DNA from: the human T2T-CHM13v2.0 reference genome, Homo sapiens
Strand: one strand, 5' to 3'
Assembly (NCBI RefSeq): GCF_009914755.1
Contig: NC_060929.1
Length of the DNA: 64,000 nucleotides
Shown: one piece after another, positions 47,409 through 59,820 of the stretch
Numbering within the stretch: the stretch's first letter is position 1
Layout of the letters: each line of letters starts with the position of its first letter
Translations under genes and position numbers: made by a program
The notes under the pieces: model-generated
What the model saw: the letters and a program-made list of their open reading frames with translations, nothing else
The model's database searches: none
Told to the model about the DNA's origin: nothing

Positions 47409-48540
47409 TGCAGCCCGCCATGCCCAAGCCCCCCGGCAGTGGGCTCGCACATGACCCAAGCCTCCCCGCTGGGCGCTGTCCCCTGCTCCACAGCACCTGC
47501 TCCCATCAACCGCCCAAGGGCTGAGGAGGGCAGGCACGTGGCACAGGACTGGTGGGCAGCTCTGCCCGCAGCCCTGGCACGGGATCCACTAGGCGAAGCC
47601 AGCTGGGCTACTGAGTCTGGTGAGAACTTGGAGAACTTTTATGTCTAGCCGGAGGATTGTATATGCACCAATCAGCACTCTGTGTCTAGCTCGGGGTTTG
47701 TGGATGCACCAATCAGCACTCTGTATCTAGCTAATCTGGTGGGGACTTGGAGAACTTTTACATCTAGCTAAAGGATTGTAAATGCACCAATCAGCACTCT
47801 GTGTCTAGCTCAAGGTTTGTAAACTCACCAATCAGTGCTCAGGATCTAGCTCAAGGTTTGTAAACACACCAATCAGTGCTCTGTGTCTAGCTAATCTAGT
47901 GGGGACTTGGAGAACTTTTACATCTAGCTAGAGGATTGTAAATACACCAATCAGCACTCTGGGTCTAGCTCAAGATTTGTAAACGCACCAATCAGCACCC
48001 TGTCAAAATGGACCAATCAGCACTCTGTAAAATGGGCCAATCAGCTCCCTGTAAAGTGGGCCAATCAGCAGGATGTGGGTGGGGTCAGATAAGGGAATAA
48101 AAGCAGGCTGCCCGAGCTAGGGGCACAACTGGGTTGGGTCCTTTTCCACGTTGTGCAGGCTTTGTTCTTTCGCTCTTTGCAATAAATCTTGCTGCTGCTT
48201 ACTCTTTGGGTCTGCACTGCTTTTATGAGCTGTAACACTCACCGCGAAGGTCTGCAGCTTCACTCCTGAGGCCAGTGAGACCACAAACCACCAGGAGGAA
48301 TGAACAACTCCAGACACGCTGCCTTAAGAGCTGTAACACTCACCACGAAGGTCTGCAGCTTCACTCCTGAAGCCAGCGAGACCACAAACCCACCAGAAGG
48401 AAAAAACTCTGAACACATCCAAACATGAGAAGGAACAAACTCCGGAGACACCATCTTTAAGAACTGTAACACTCACCACAAGTGTCCGCAGCTTCATTCA
48501 TGAAGTCAGTGAGACCAAGAACCCACCAATTTTGGACACA
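47409..48540 (+). mobile_element. LTR12-family (ERV9) solo LTR lacking the 5' part of U3
   Basis: Tandem caccaatcagcactctgtgtctagct repeats; U5 repeats ctgtaacactcaccgcgaaggtctgcagcttcactcctga; ends ccaattttggacaca; TSD gttt. Confidence 0.95.
47660..48130 (+). promoter_or_regulatory. LTR12 enhancer/promoter: 10 CCAAT boxes, GATA site, AATAAAA TATA-like box
   Basis: Ten CCAATCA counted at 47668-48067, then cagataagggaataaaagcaggc. NF-Y-dependent promoter activity is established for ERV9 LTRs; activity of this copy is unknown. Confidence 0.7.
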
Positions 48541-48759
48541 GTTTTACTTATAGTTCCCATTACAGGAATTGTCTTAGTCAAATCAGAATTCATTTTTAAT
48601 GTATTTCCTGGTCGTCACAGGCAAGGTAAGTGGGATTATTTCTGTAGTTTTTTTTTTACATTTTAGGAAAACACATATGTTCATTCTATGGAATTTCACT
48701 GGGTTTCAGGGGGTAAATTTGAGGAACAGGCCTTGAAATTTACATAAGAGTTCAAACTT

Positions 48760-49064
48760 GGCTGGGCACAGTGGCCCATGCCTGTAATCCCAGCACTTTG
48801 GGAGGCAGAGGCAGGTAGACTGCTTGAGCCCAGGAGCTCAAGACCAGCCTGGGTAACATGGTGAAACCCCATCTCTACAAAAAATACAAAAATTTGCTGG
48901 GTGTGGTGATGCATGCCTGTAGTGCCTGCTACTTGGGAGGCTGAGGTGGGAGGACAGCTTAAGTGAGCTGGGAAGGCAGAGGATGCAGTGAGCCAAGATC
49001 GCGCCATTGCACTTCAGCTTGGGTGACAGAGCCCGACTCTGTATCCATAAAGGAAAAAAAAAAA
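48760..49064 (+). mobile_element. AluJ
   Basis: Full dimer; TSD aagagttcaaa on both sides. Confidence 0.92.
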
Positions 49065-50194
49065 CAAAGAGTTCAAAATTATTTGAAGACTTTTTAATTT
49101 GTTTCAAGAAACAGATCAAATTAGGAATCTGTTTAAACCATCAATTTCTCAATATTTTTAAAATGTTTGCCATTTGAAATAATTTTGATAACTAAGGGTT
49201 TGGCTGTTTCTTAGCAAATTCTTTGGAATAGCTCTATAATCTCGACTATTGTTGATATTTTAATTGGAAGTCTCAAGGAATTGCTGAGTTCCTCATTTAT
49301 ACGAAGAATAACTCAAAGAAGGGCATATTATGCACAATTATTTAACATTTTAATTATAAATGAATTTAAGAAACACTTCTGAGAACTCTTAAATGCTATC
49401 TGAATCTGCATAATGTAGAACTTGTAGAAACGTGTTGGGGCCTTTTAAATTCTTGCTCACTGAAATATACTTTCAAGACATCTTTTAAAATTTTCAAAAA
49501 TAGGTTTAAATTAAATTTATATTTTAAATTAGGTTTTAATCCTCTTCAGAAAAAGCTCAACCTTAATTATGGTTTTCTCACAGCCAAATTTCCTTACACA
49601 GAACTATCATTTAGACCAATTGCTTTCACAAGAAAATCTTTACTAATTATTTTTAACATTAGGGCTAAAAAATTATCTCACTTCCCTTATTGGATTAGGG
49701 CTTCATCACCACCATAATAAATGCAGACTATGAGACCTGGCCCTGTTTTGGTTAACAAAAAAACATTAAACTGCAAACTTTTCAATGTTGAAATTACTGC
49801 TGCCTCTTTAAGTACATTCGTCTATATTCACTGTAATAATGGATTCAATGACAAGTTGGTTGACCTTCTCAAGTTTCTGATGCAAATCAATATTCATAAA
49901 TAAAAACTGTAAGAGTCTGCTATTTATATTACCAAAAAAACTGTCATGGCCAATAGCATTTCTAAATCCTGCTTAATAAACCACTTGACTCTGCTTGTAT
50001 AATTGAGAGAGGAGAAGGCTTGTGTCTGAATTATCTACATAAGTGCTTAATTCTGGTGGGAGCGATTTGAACCTAATGTCATTTTTCATAATGTGCATAT
50101 TAGTTATACTTTAATACCAAACAGTTTCTGGTAAGCCACATTCAGGTTATAGACTTAATATCTAAGTCAAAAACAAAACATAAAAAAAATTCCT

Positions 50195-50379
50195 CTGTGG
50201 TTTTCAACAGGTAGTCCCTGGACCAGCAGTATCAGCAACACTACTTGGGAACTTGTGAAAAATGATATTCTGGGTTCCTGTCTGAGGTCTACTGAATCAG
50301 AAACTAGGTATGAGTGTATGGTACTCTGTGCCTTAACAAGCCCTCTAGTTGATTCTGACACTAAAGTTGAGACCCCCTG
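50195..50379. mobile_element. MER5A (hAT-Charlie) MITE
   Basis: ccctggaccagcagtatcagca...tgggaacttgt...ctactgaatcagaaact...taacaagccctc...aagttgagaccccctg. Confidence 0.8.
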
Positions 50380-51085
50380 CTTTGTATCTTCTACAGTCCT
50401 CAGTGGACTCTTGAGTGCTGGCATCTCTCATTGCAGTGTGAGCCTGTGGCTCAGCGCTCCTCTGACTTAGAGAGTTGTTCCCTCTGCATGGACTGCGTTG
50501 GCCTCTGAAGTTTAGGTTCACCTCCCCAACAAACGAGGGAGATGTTGGGAATCTATAATGCTCACTTATATTTATATTCTTAACTGCTGCGTAACTGTGG
50601 CCATGCTTGGTGCCTGATGGGAATGTAAATTAAATTAACCCAGCTTGATCCAAGTTAGAGTTGATATCATCACCAGTCTTCAAACCTAGACCGATATTTT
50701 GTGTTCCAAATCAGTGCAGTGATAGTCTGAAAGAGCAAACAAACCAAAAACAATTCTACTGATGAATTGTCCTTTATATATGACTGACAGTCCACAAGAT
50801 TTATCTGGCTAATCTGGATCTCTGGATAATGAAATCAACACTTTAGATTTTGACCTGAATAATTTACTTTAATATTTAACAAACAGGAGTCAGTCACTCA
50901 TTGATGATTCACCAAAACCAGCATCATTCTTAGTATTTGAGATTTCAGAGGATATTGTTTTTATCCTGACCAGTAAATCTAAGAAGTTAGCATGTGATTC
51001 ATAGGAACCATTGGTCTTTTGAAAGGGCCACTGTATAAACTTTAAGAATTGCTGTTTGAAGTCATCATATGTCTTAAGCAGCATT

Positions 51086-51217
51086 TTATATATATGTATA
51101 TATATACACATATGTGTATATATGTATATTTGTATATATGTATAAATGTATATATGTATATATACGTATATATGTGTGTGTATATATGTATGTATATAGG
51201 TGTGTGTGTGTGTGTGT
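51086..51217. repeat. Compound (TA)n/(TATG)n/(TG)n microsatellite
   Basis: Direct reading. Confidence 0.95.
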
Positions 51218-53060
51218 AAATTCAATTTTTGTGTCTTCTTCTGCAATAGCTGTCCCCTTCAAACGACTATTTATCCCATACAAATGTAATATTCCAGGGA
51301 GTGAAGATGCCTGCTGAGAAAACATAAATGTTCTTTTAAGCCCTGAAAATATATAACCTAAATCTGAAATGTCACTAAAGCAAGAATGTTCAATACTGCC
51401 ACTAATGGGTAAACTAATGGGTAAATTTAAATGCGAAGTGAGAATGCAGCTGAAGGAAGAAATGGCCTTTCTAAGAGCCTAAGTCAAAAGCAAAATCAAA
51501 CGTTTCCCCAAAATTGTCCTCATTCTCTACGTGTAAATACAAATGCTTGGTAGTCTTGTGTGATGACGCTTCCCACGGGGTAAGCTTCAGTACCCCAGTG
51601 ACATCATTAACATATCGGTGGTAGTTTTACTTGCATTTACATTTTCAGTTGCACTTTGACAACTAAAAGGTTGTCAAATCTTAAAGGTGAGTTTTCAATG
51701 TTAAAAGATTGAGGAAATCATCTAAATTGCCAAATTGTAGAGAGTAGTCCATAGACTTTGAAAATGGGAAATTACTTATGTGTGCATTTGTCCCTAGCTA
51801 GTATTACCATTTGTCTTCCACATCTGTTTACTGAAAAATTATAGTCTAACCTTCAGAAAGCACACAAGGCGAAGCTGGTTTACTCTGATTTTTTGAAACA
51901 ATTAATTTTAATTTAACTGGGATACTCTTAGGAAATGTTTATGAAACATTTCATGTTATAACATGATTTAAAAATAATAATTTTACTCAGCACACTGAGG
52001 CAAACGGCTAAGAGTAATTTCAGCTACCCCAGACTCCGACCACTGACCACCCCTGGCATCACACAGGCACGTTTGTTACCTATTTGTTCCATACCAAGTT
52101 GTATGCACTCCAGTTGTTAGATTTTGCTCTAGCGTTCTTGTTAATCTGTAATGCTTGGAATAAATTACAGAATAATAATAATAAGAGAAAGAAAAAGGGA
52201 GAGAGGGAAAAAGACGGAAGCACAGAAGGAGAGAAGGGTAAAGAGACAAAAAGGAAATGTTAAAAAGAAGAGACAGAGGAGGGCAAAAGTAACGATATTA
52301 CAGAAAGGGAAACATATCAAAAGTAAAATTGATGGTCAAAGCCGAAAGACCCAAATTTAAATTTAAATATAAGCTGAAAGACCTACATTTAAAAAAAAGA
52401 GTAAAGATACAAAGCAAGAAAAAGCAGACAGGTTCACAAACAAATCAACTATTATTATAAGAACATTAATTTACAGGGAAAAAAATTTAAGGAGTTATGA
52501 ATAATTATAGGTGGTACAAAGAGATAGACATTAAAAATAAATATGAGCATTATACCTCCTTTTTCTTTAGCTTTCATTTTTTCTGATTATTCAAGAAGAC
52601 ATACATTTTCAGTTTAATATATGTCTTTCACACTTTTTAAAAATTTTTTCACTTTCTTTTTTAACAAAGAAAGAGCAGAGCTTTTGGCCTTTAGGTAGAA
52701 CTCAATACCATTATTTTGTTATTCAATAAAATTACTTTTACCATTAACTTCTATGTTACCCAACTGGCACAAGAACAATAGAATCTTAGAAATCTGGTCT
52801 TGCCCAAATTGTACATGGCATGCTTTTTTAAATTTCTGAACTAAACCTTAAAAAATACGTTTCCCTAGAGTTGCATCACTCTTAGAACCAAAATGAACAT
52901 TGGAAAACAGGACTCTGCTCTCTCTCTCTCGTAATGAAAATAAACTTAAATACATCACCTTGATTGTTACAAGTTTTCTTAAAAATCATCATCAAATTAT
53001 ATAAAAACATCCAATTTTCAAAAAAGAAAAAGCAAAATTCTTTGGTCTCCACATTTGTAG

Positions 53061-53062
<2 letters not shown>

Positions 53063-53106
<44 letters not shown>
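53063..53106. repeat. (TG)n microsatellite
   Basis: Direct reading. Confidence 0.95.
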
Positions 53107-53108
<2 letters not shown>

Positions 53109-53249
53109 CATGCTATGAACATATTTATGACTAAAAGCCAAGTAAAAACCATGCTTACCAAGGCTGCTTAATGAAGAGTGAAACATCTTGACTTCTACAG
53201 TGTCTGACCACATTCCCTTGAAGTAAAAGCAATGCCGTTTAAATATTAA

Positions 53250-53512
53250 ACCACTGGCCGCTAGCACTTGAGGCTAGCACTTAAATATGGCTAGTCCAAA
53301 CTGAGATGTGCTGTATCAAGTAGTGATATCAATAATTTAATTGAAAAAAGAATGTAATAATTTTGTATAGATTAATCGTCAAAATGATAAAATTTGGGAT
53401 ACAGTTATTTAAATAAAACATTCAAATTAATTTCACTTTTTAAACATAGGTATAATGAAAGTTTTGTTTATATACATAGTTTGCATTATATTTCTGTTGG
53501 ACAATACTGTTC
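53250..53512. mobile_element. MER33/MER3-type hAT-Charlie element
   Basis: gcacttaaatatggctagtccaaactgagatgtgctgt...cattatatttctgttggacaatactg. Confidence 0.75.
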
Positions 53513-55332
53513 TAGAAGCTGTCACCAACAAATTTAGCAATGTAAGGGTTACTAATGACGTTGTGGAGAATATATTTTTGTGAACATTTTTTCACAATTT
53601 TGTACGTAATTATGGATCTGTTCTAGTTTTCTGCACCACCTTGAATTATGTTTTATAATATATATTTTTCTAGAAAATCATTAGTTTCAAGAATTTTTGA
53701 AACACTTATTAGGTATAACTTGTATATAATATCCTCATAAATTTTTGTTGTTTTCTGGACCACTAGTTATATTTGTAATGTTGAATTATGTACGTGGAGT
53801 TTCTACTTTTATCCTTTATTTGGAATTAGTGTATTATTTTTATTGCTTTCTGTTTTCTATTTTAAGAATTTATCATTTTACATTAACTAATATCTTCTAT
53901 TTCATAGTGCTTTCGCTAATTTCTAAAATTCAATTCTTATTTTCTTTTTGTTGCTTAACAGTAAAAAGCAACAAGACAATAAATCAATGTGATACACCTT
54001 TTGCAGCATGGCATAAAATTTTTAATCTTCAATGGTTTCTTTGTCATTATCTACCAAAGAGAATATAGTTTCTTCTTGATTTCTATTTTTCTTGAGAGTT
54101 TAGGATTTCCTTTAAACTTCAAATGTATAAGGGTTTTCTGGTTAAATATTTTAAAATTTGTCTTTATGGTGTTCAGAATGGTAAGTGTAAACTGTACAGT
54201 ATCTACTTTGAGAAATTTAAGATATTGGTTTTAATAACCTAGAATATAAATAATCAACATTCATTTTAAAATCTGTATATCCTCTGCAACATACAAAATT
54301 TTATATTTACATATTACATATAGCCTATTGATTTCATACTTCAAAATTTTTAAATCCTTGTTTTTATTTTCAGTCTATACCAATGCCTAGGAGAAAATGT
54401 CTCCTTATATTCAAAACGGATTGCTTGTTTCACCAGAAGGGATAATCTTATTGCATGCTTGAATGAGATGCTTCTTTCTTTCTTGTGCTGTTTGTCAATT
54501 AAAAAGTAGTTTGTCTTAATTCAGTGGCAGCCATCTTGGAATCATAAGGAAAACTAACTTGTGCAAAAACTGATACTACAGTAGTTCAGCAAAACAGAGA
54601 GGTAAATAGAATTGGATGGATGATGAAAGCAATAAGTCACAAAGACAACTAATACTAGAAGTCTTTCGACCTCTAGGATTTTAGGTTGGTAACATATACT
54701 ATTTTTGCATATTATGTAAATCTAATTTCATTTATATCCCTATTAGAACAGAAGACATCCCTGACTTGTTAACAATTCTCTCTCTGCTTCTCACTCAAGA
54801 CAATGTTAAGGGTAGGCACAAGTTAAATAAGTAATAGTTTGCTACATATGTTAAAATTGCTACAATCACTATTATCTTGAGAAGTAGAAACACTAATATT
54901 TCTAAGTGCTTCTCATCTCTAGGCAGGGATATAGATGGTTAATGCATGGAAGATAACATCCATGTGAAACTATTCAACTTTTGGCATGTTTAAGAATAAA
55001 CGGTGTGACAAACGGTGCATCTGTAATTTCTCAGACATGCTAGTGAACATATGCCCAAATTAAACTCAAATTATTTTTCTCATCTTTTATCCATGAGTCA
55101 AATTCTTCCCGAACACCCTCTTGGACATATTCCAAAGGTAAAGCTAACTAGATCACATCTTTCTCTGCCTCTGATTTCTAGGCATTCAGTTATAGGTGGC
55201 CTTTAAAATTATAATATTATATTAATATAATATAGTGGAAGCTCTATTACAAGGCAACCAAAAGAACATATTCTTTGTCAACTTTAACTCTGCTTAATAT
55301 ATATTCAGCATTATCTCCTTTTACTTATACAG

Positions 55333-55462
55333 GTGAAAGAATAAAAGGTTTGTATAGTTCCGCAGTCTCATTTCGGTTTTCTTGCAACTCAATATATTTT
55401 TCTTCAAGTCCATCCCTAGGACAAAGAGGGTTGGGTTCTCTCAACCAGCGTACCTGGCCAAG
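55333..55462 (+). other. Candidate 130-bp internal exon, probably non-coding
   Basis: Acceptor tctccttttacttatacAG|G with upstream ctttaac/cttaat branch-like motifs; donor CAAG|GTAATT; not in a recognised repeat. Confidence 0.35.
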
Positions 55463-55639
55463 GTAATTGCACTTGAAATGACACCTCCCTTTTAGAAACT
55501 TTCAAAGACTCCTTGATATATTCTCAAAAACAAAAATACCACAATTGAACTTTAATGCTTATATCTACATACTTCTAAAGCATTAACTAACTCATTTTAT
55601 TTCCAGTAACCTATCTTTCTATTGAAGATTGTATTTTCC

Positions 55640-57115
55640 AAAGATGATCATTGTGAGCTCTTGGAGTTGGCTCCTGTGTCCTTTCGATATATCTTACTAT
55701 TATCTTTATTATTATTATTAGGAACTTGATTTTCTGGCACTATATGATGCTCCAGATTCATTTTGTACATTTTACACCACAGCCCTAGAATAAGCATTTC
55801 TCTGAGGAACTCTGGTTTGTTTTTATTTTTGTTTTGTTTTGGAAGTTAGTACTAGAAAGCAACATTTGGACCCTAGCTGTATTTGTTGATACTGGGGTGT
55901 CATCAATTCTAGGCTTTCTTAGCTGACAGAATAAGAAAATAGATATTTGTATACTAACCCATGTGTTTACATATGTCTATTAGTCTGCACACAAATGCAC
56001 ACACACACACATATACACCACACATATATATCCATCCATATCAATATTATCTATATTAAGCTAAACATAAGTTTACACTAATATCTCCAACTCTAAATCA
56101 TTACCCCAGGGATCATTATGGCGTTCTTGCTTATTTATAAATCCCCACCCCAACAGGGATAAACACAGCTCCCACCAGCTGTCATTTACTCACTTAATTG
56201 TTCAATTCCAGTATATACATATCACAGAATGATAATAAATAATTCACCTATAATCCCACGGGAAATTACTTATTCATCCACACTACAGTATTTGTGTACT
56301 GCTACATTTTTGGGGGTGTTTTGGCTTTGCGTGTGGTTTTTATTTATTTATTTTTTGCCTTTTGTCTTATGCACTCCATTCATTTCTAAATTTACTGAGA
56401 TCAGCATCTTCCTCACACCTGCCTGTCTTCATCCGGGTTTTTTAATACACTTGTATTATAATTAGTTTGTTTTTTTCATATTCTGTATTCCACCCTGGAA
56501 TCCTTTGATCTACCAAATGATATTGGCAAAATTTGCATACATTAAAGTTTACTCTTTGTGCTATATATAAAGTTCTATGAGTTTCGGCAAATGTATAGTG
56601 TCATGTGTTCACCATTACAGTGCTATACACAGGTTTACCAACCTAAGAAGTCCCTGTGCATTAACTTTTCAACCCTGCCCCGCTCCTCACAAACTCTTGG
56701 CAGCTAGTAATTTTTTTAATGATCTCTGTCATTTTGCCTTTTCCAGAATGGTTGTATAATTGGAATCAGATGCTGTGTAGGTTTTTAGACTAGCTTCATT
56801 TACTTAGCAATATGCATTTCGGATTCATCCATGATATTTTGAGGCTTGATAGCTCATTTCTTTTTATTGCTGAATAACATGTCATTGTACTGATGTCCAT
56901 CCATCAATGTTTATTTCCAAACAATTGTATTGATGTCCATGCATCAGTGTTTATTTCCATGCAAAGTGTATTACTGTTACTTGGCCGCTTCCAGTTTGGG
57001 GTAATTATGAATAAAACTGCTATAAACATTTGTATCAAGGGTTTTGTGTGGACACAGTTTTCAAAATAATTGAATAAATAATACCTAGAAACATTATTGC
57101 TAGATTGCATGGCCT
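55640..57115 (-). mobile_element. L1MC/L1MD-type 3' region
   Basis: ttgccttttccagaatg...ataattggaatca...gcttgatagctcatttctttttattgctgaataa. Minus ORF 56904..57110 (MFIAVLFIITPNWK). Confidence 0.75.
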
Positions 57116-57224
57116 TTGTTTTCTTTCATTTATTTTTGCCCAGTATTCTTTTGACCATTTCTTTTATTTTTACATTTTGTGTAATCTTGTTTCAGATATA
57201 CCTTGCGTACATAATAATATATAG

Positions 57225-57442
57225 CAGGGGTGTCCAATCTTTTGGCTTCCCTGGGCCACATTGGAAGAAGAATTGTCTTGGGCTACATATAAAATACAGT
57301 AACACTAATGATAGCTGATGAGCTAAAAAAAAAAAAAAAAGTGAAAAAAAAACAAAAAAATCTCATAATGTTTTAAGAAAGTTTATTAATTTGTGTTAGG
57401 CCACATTCAAAGCCATCTTGGGCTGTATGCAGACAGGCTTGA
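57225..57442. mobile_element. MER30 (hAT-Charlie) MITE
   Basis: caggggtgtccaatcttttggcttccctgggccacattggaagaagaattgtcttggg...ggccacattcaaagcc. Confidence 0.9.
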
Positions 57443-58501
57443 TATATAATATAAAATATATTGGAAATAGAAGTTTTACTCAAACTAATCTTTGACTTTT
57501 AACAAGTCAAATATGCATGTGTACATGTATATTTATATGTATTATAATATTTGATGGTTACCTTTATGTTTTAAAATTACGACTACATATTTTTGTTTAA
57601 AACTATCACAAGAAAGATACAGCATCTAGTGACTGTCTCCTGTGAAAATCGAGAAATTGTGCATACTTTTATTTCCCTTTTCATGTTTCAGAGCTGTAGA
57701 TATAATCTAGAACAGTGAATCTAAATCTTTATAGTAGTAAAAACTTATCTTCAAACAAATACTGCGTGAAAATCCAATACATAAAACAGTTAAACATTGC
57801 AGCTGTTCTCATTGGGTCACACTGAGTTTTCCCTCCTCAATTCTTTTTAATCCTTCTGAGAAGGTTCCAAGATGGTCTTTGTTTTATAATAGTATTTCTT
57901 TGCCATCTCATTACAATATGCCAAACTCATCTTCTCACAAATAGTAGGCCTTTAGAAGAAATGTGTGTTTTCACCCTTTTATTTTACTGTTACTACTTAC
58001 GGTAAGTGAGCCTAGTGTTTAACCAACCATTTTAATACAAGGTCTCCTCCTTAGATAAAATGATTCAAATAACAGAAGTGAGTTGCTCTAAAGAAAAATA
58101 TGTAAATAATACAAATACAATATTTATGTGGCAAAAAAATTCCAACGGTAACAAAGGAATAGCACAATTTTAGAAAACCCTGCTCTACACCAAGTTTCCT
58201 AGGAGAAGTAAAGTAGATCAAGGAGAAATAGAAAGTGTTGTCTGAGACTGAATATAGGTAGACGAGGGATCTTTCAAATATTTTAAGTGAAAAACAAAAT
58301 CTTAGGGGAAATATAATAAAATTAGCAGATTTCATGAGAATTTTTACAAGGCAACAGACCTATGTTAGAGTTATAGACTACTCTAGTTTGCCTTTCTTCC
58401 TCGTTTTAACCTTTAGCAAGTAGTAAGTCTTCTTAAAGAGTAAATAATAATAAGCTGCCACAAGATGAAAGCATGAAAATGCACAGAGAAAGTAACAATT
58501 A

Positions 58502-58921
<420 letters not shown>

Positions 58922-59144
58922 TCAAATCAGAAAAAATAATTTGAAATTTAGATTAAGAGAGCCACCTGTATATTGATAAGACCTTCTAGTGATATACTGA
59001 AATAACATTATTAAACTTCAAAAATAAGGAATGAATCTAATATATGCCTATGCAAGAAAACTGAGTAATGTGCTAAGAAAAAACTGATTTACTTCAAACT
59101 ATTCTATGGCAACACTCAATGCCAGAATAAAGTGAATTAATGTG

Positions 59145-59820
59145 TGTAGTAGGTTGAATAATGGTCACCCAAAGACATCAATTTCTAATTCCTAGAACTT
59201 GTAAAAGTTACTTTGTCTGGGAAAAAAGTGTTTGCAGATTTGACCAAATTAATAATTTTGAGATGAAAAAGTTAACCTGGACTTTCCAGAGGGGCTCTGG
59301 ATGCCATCCTAAGTGTCCTTGTAAAATTGAAACAGAAGATGCTTTTATTTATTTATTTATTTTGAGACAGAGTCTCACTGTGTCGCCCAGGCTGGAGTGC
59401 ATGGCGCAATCTTACCTCACTGCAGCCTCCGCCTCCCGGGTTCAAGCAATTCTCCTGCCTCAGCCTCTTGAATAGCTAGGATTACAGGAGCCCGCTGGTC
59501 TCAAACACCTGACCTCAAGTGATCCTCCCTCCTCGGCCTCCCAAAATGCTGGGATTACAGGCATGAGCCACCGCAACTGGCCCCGAAATAGAAGATTTCA
59601 AACAGACATGAAGAGAAGAAGGTTATATGAAGATGTAGGCAAAGATTATAGTAATATAACCACAAACCTAGGAATGTTGAAGCAGCTACCAGAATCTGGA
59701 AGAGGCAAGGAACAGATTCTCCTCTATGCACCCTGGAGAGAGTGCAGCCTCAATGGATTTCAGGGTTCTAGTTTTCAGATCTTCAGGAAAATTAATTTCT
59801 TTTATTTTAAGCCTGTAACT
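59145..59820 (+). mobile_element. MLT1C/D MaLR LTR, interrupted by an Alu and cut near its 3' end by an L1
   Basis: tgtagtaggttgaataatgg...ctggaagaggcaaggaacagattctcc...tttcttttattttaagcc. Confidence 0.8.
59343..59582 (-). mobile_element. AluS with internal deletion of the linker region
   Basis: Junction ttacaggagcccgc|tggtctcaaac; TSD gaaa(c/t)agaagat. Confidence 0.9.

Noticed and set aside
47620-48520. Regularly spaced repeats resembling a CRISPR-like array
   Set aside because: These are the normal U3 and U5 tandem repeats of LTR12, with no unique spacers.
50890-51325. ORFs rich in H/T/Y/I or C/V
   Set aside because: Translations of dinucleotide microsatellites. The same applies to 33285-33643 and 52992-53267.
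56884-56958. ~40-bp imperfect tandem duplication (similar small ones near 2630, 12890, 17320 and 37190)
   Set aside because: Ordinary slippage-type tandem duplications.
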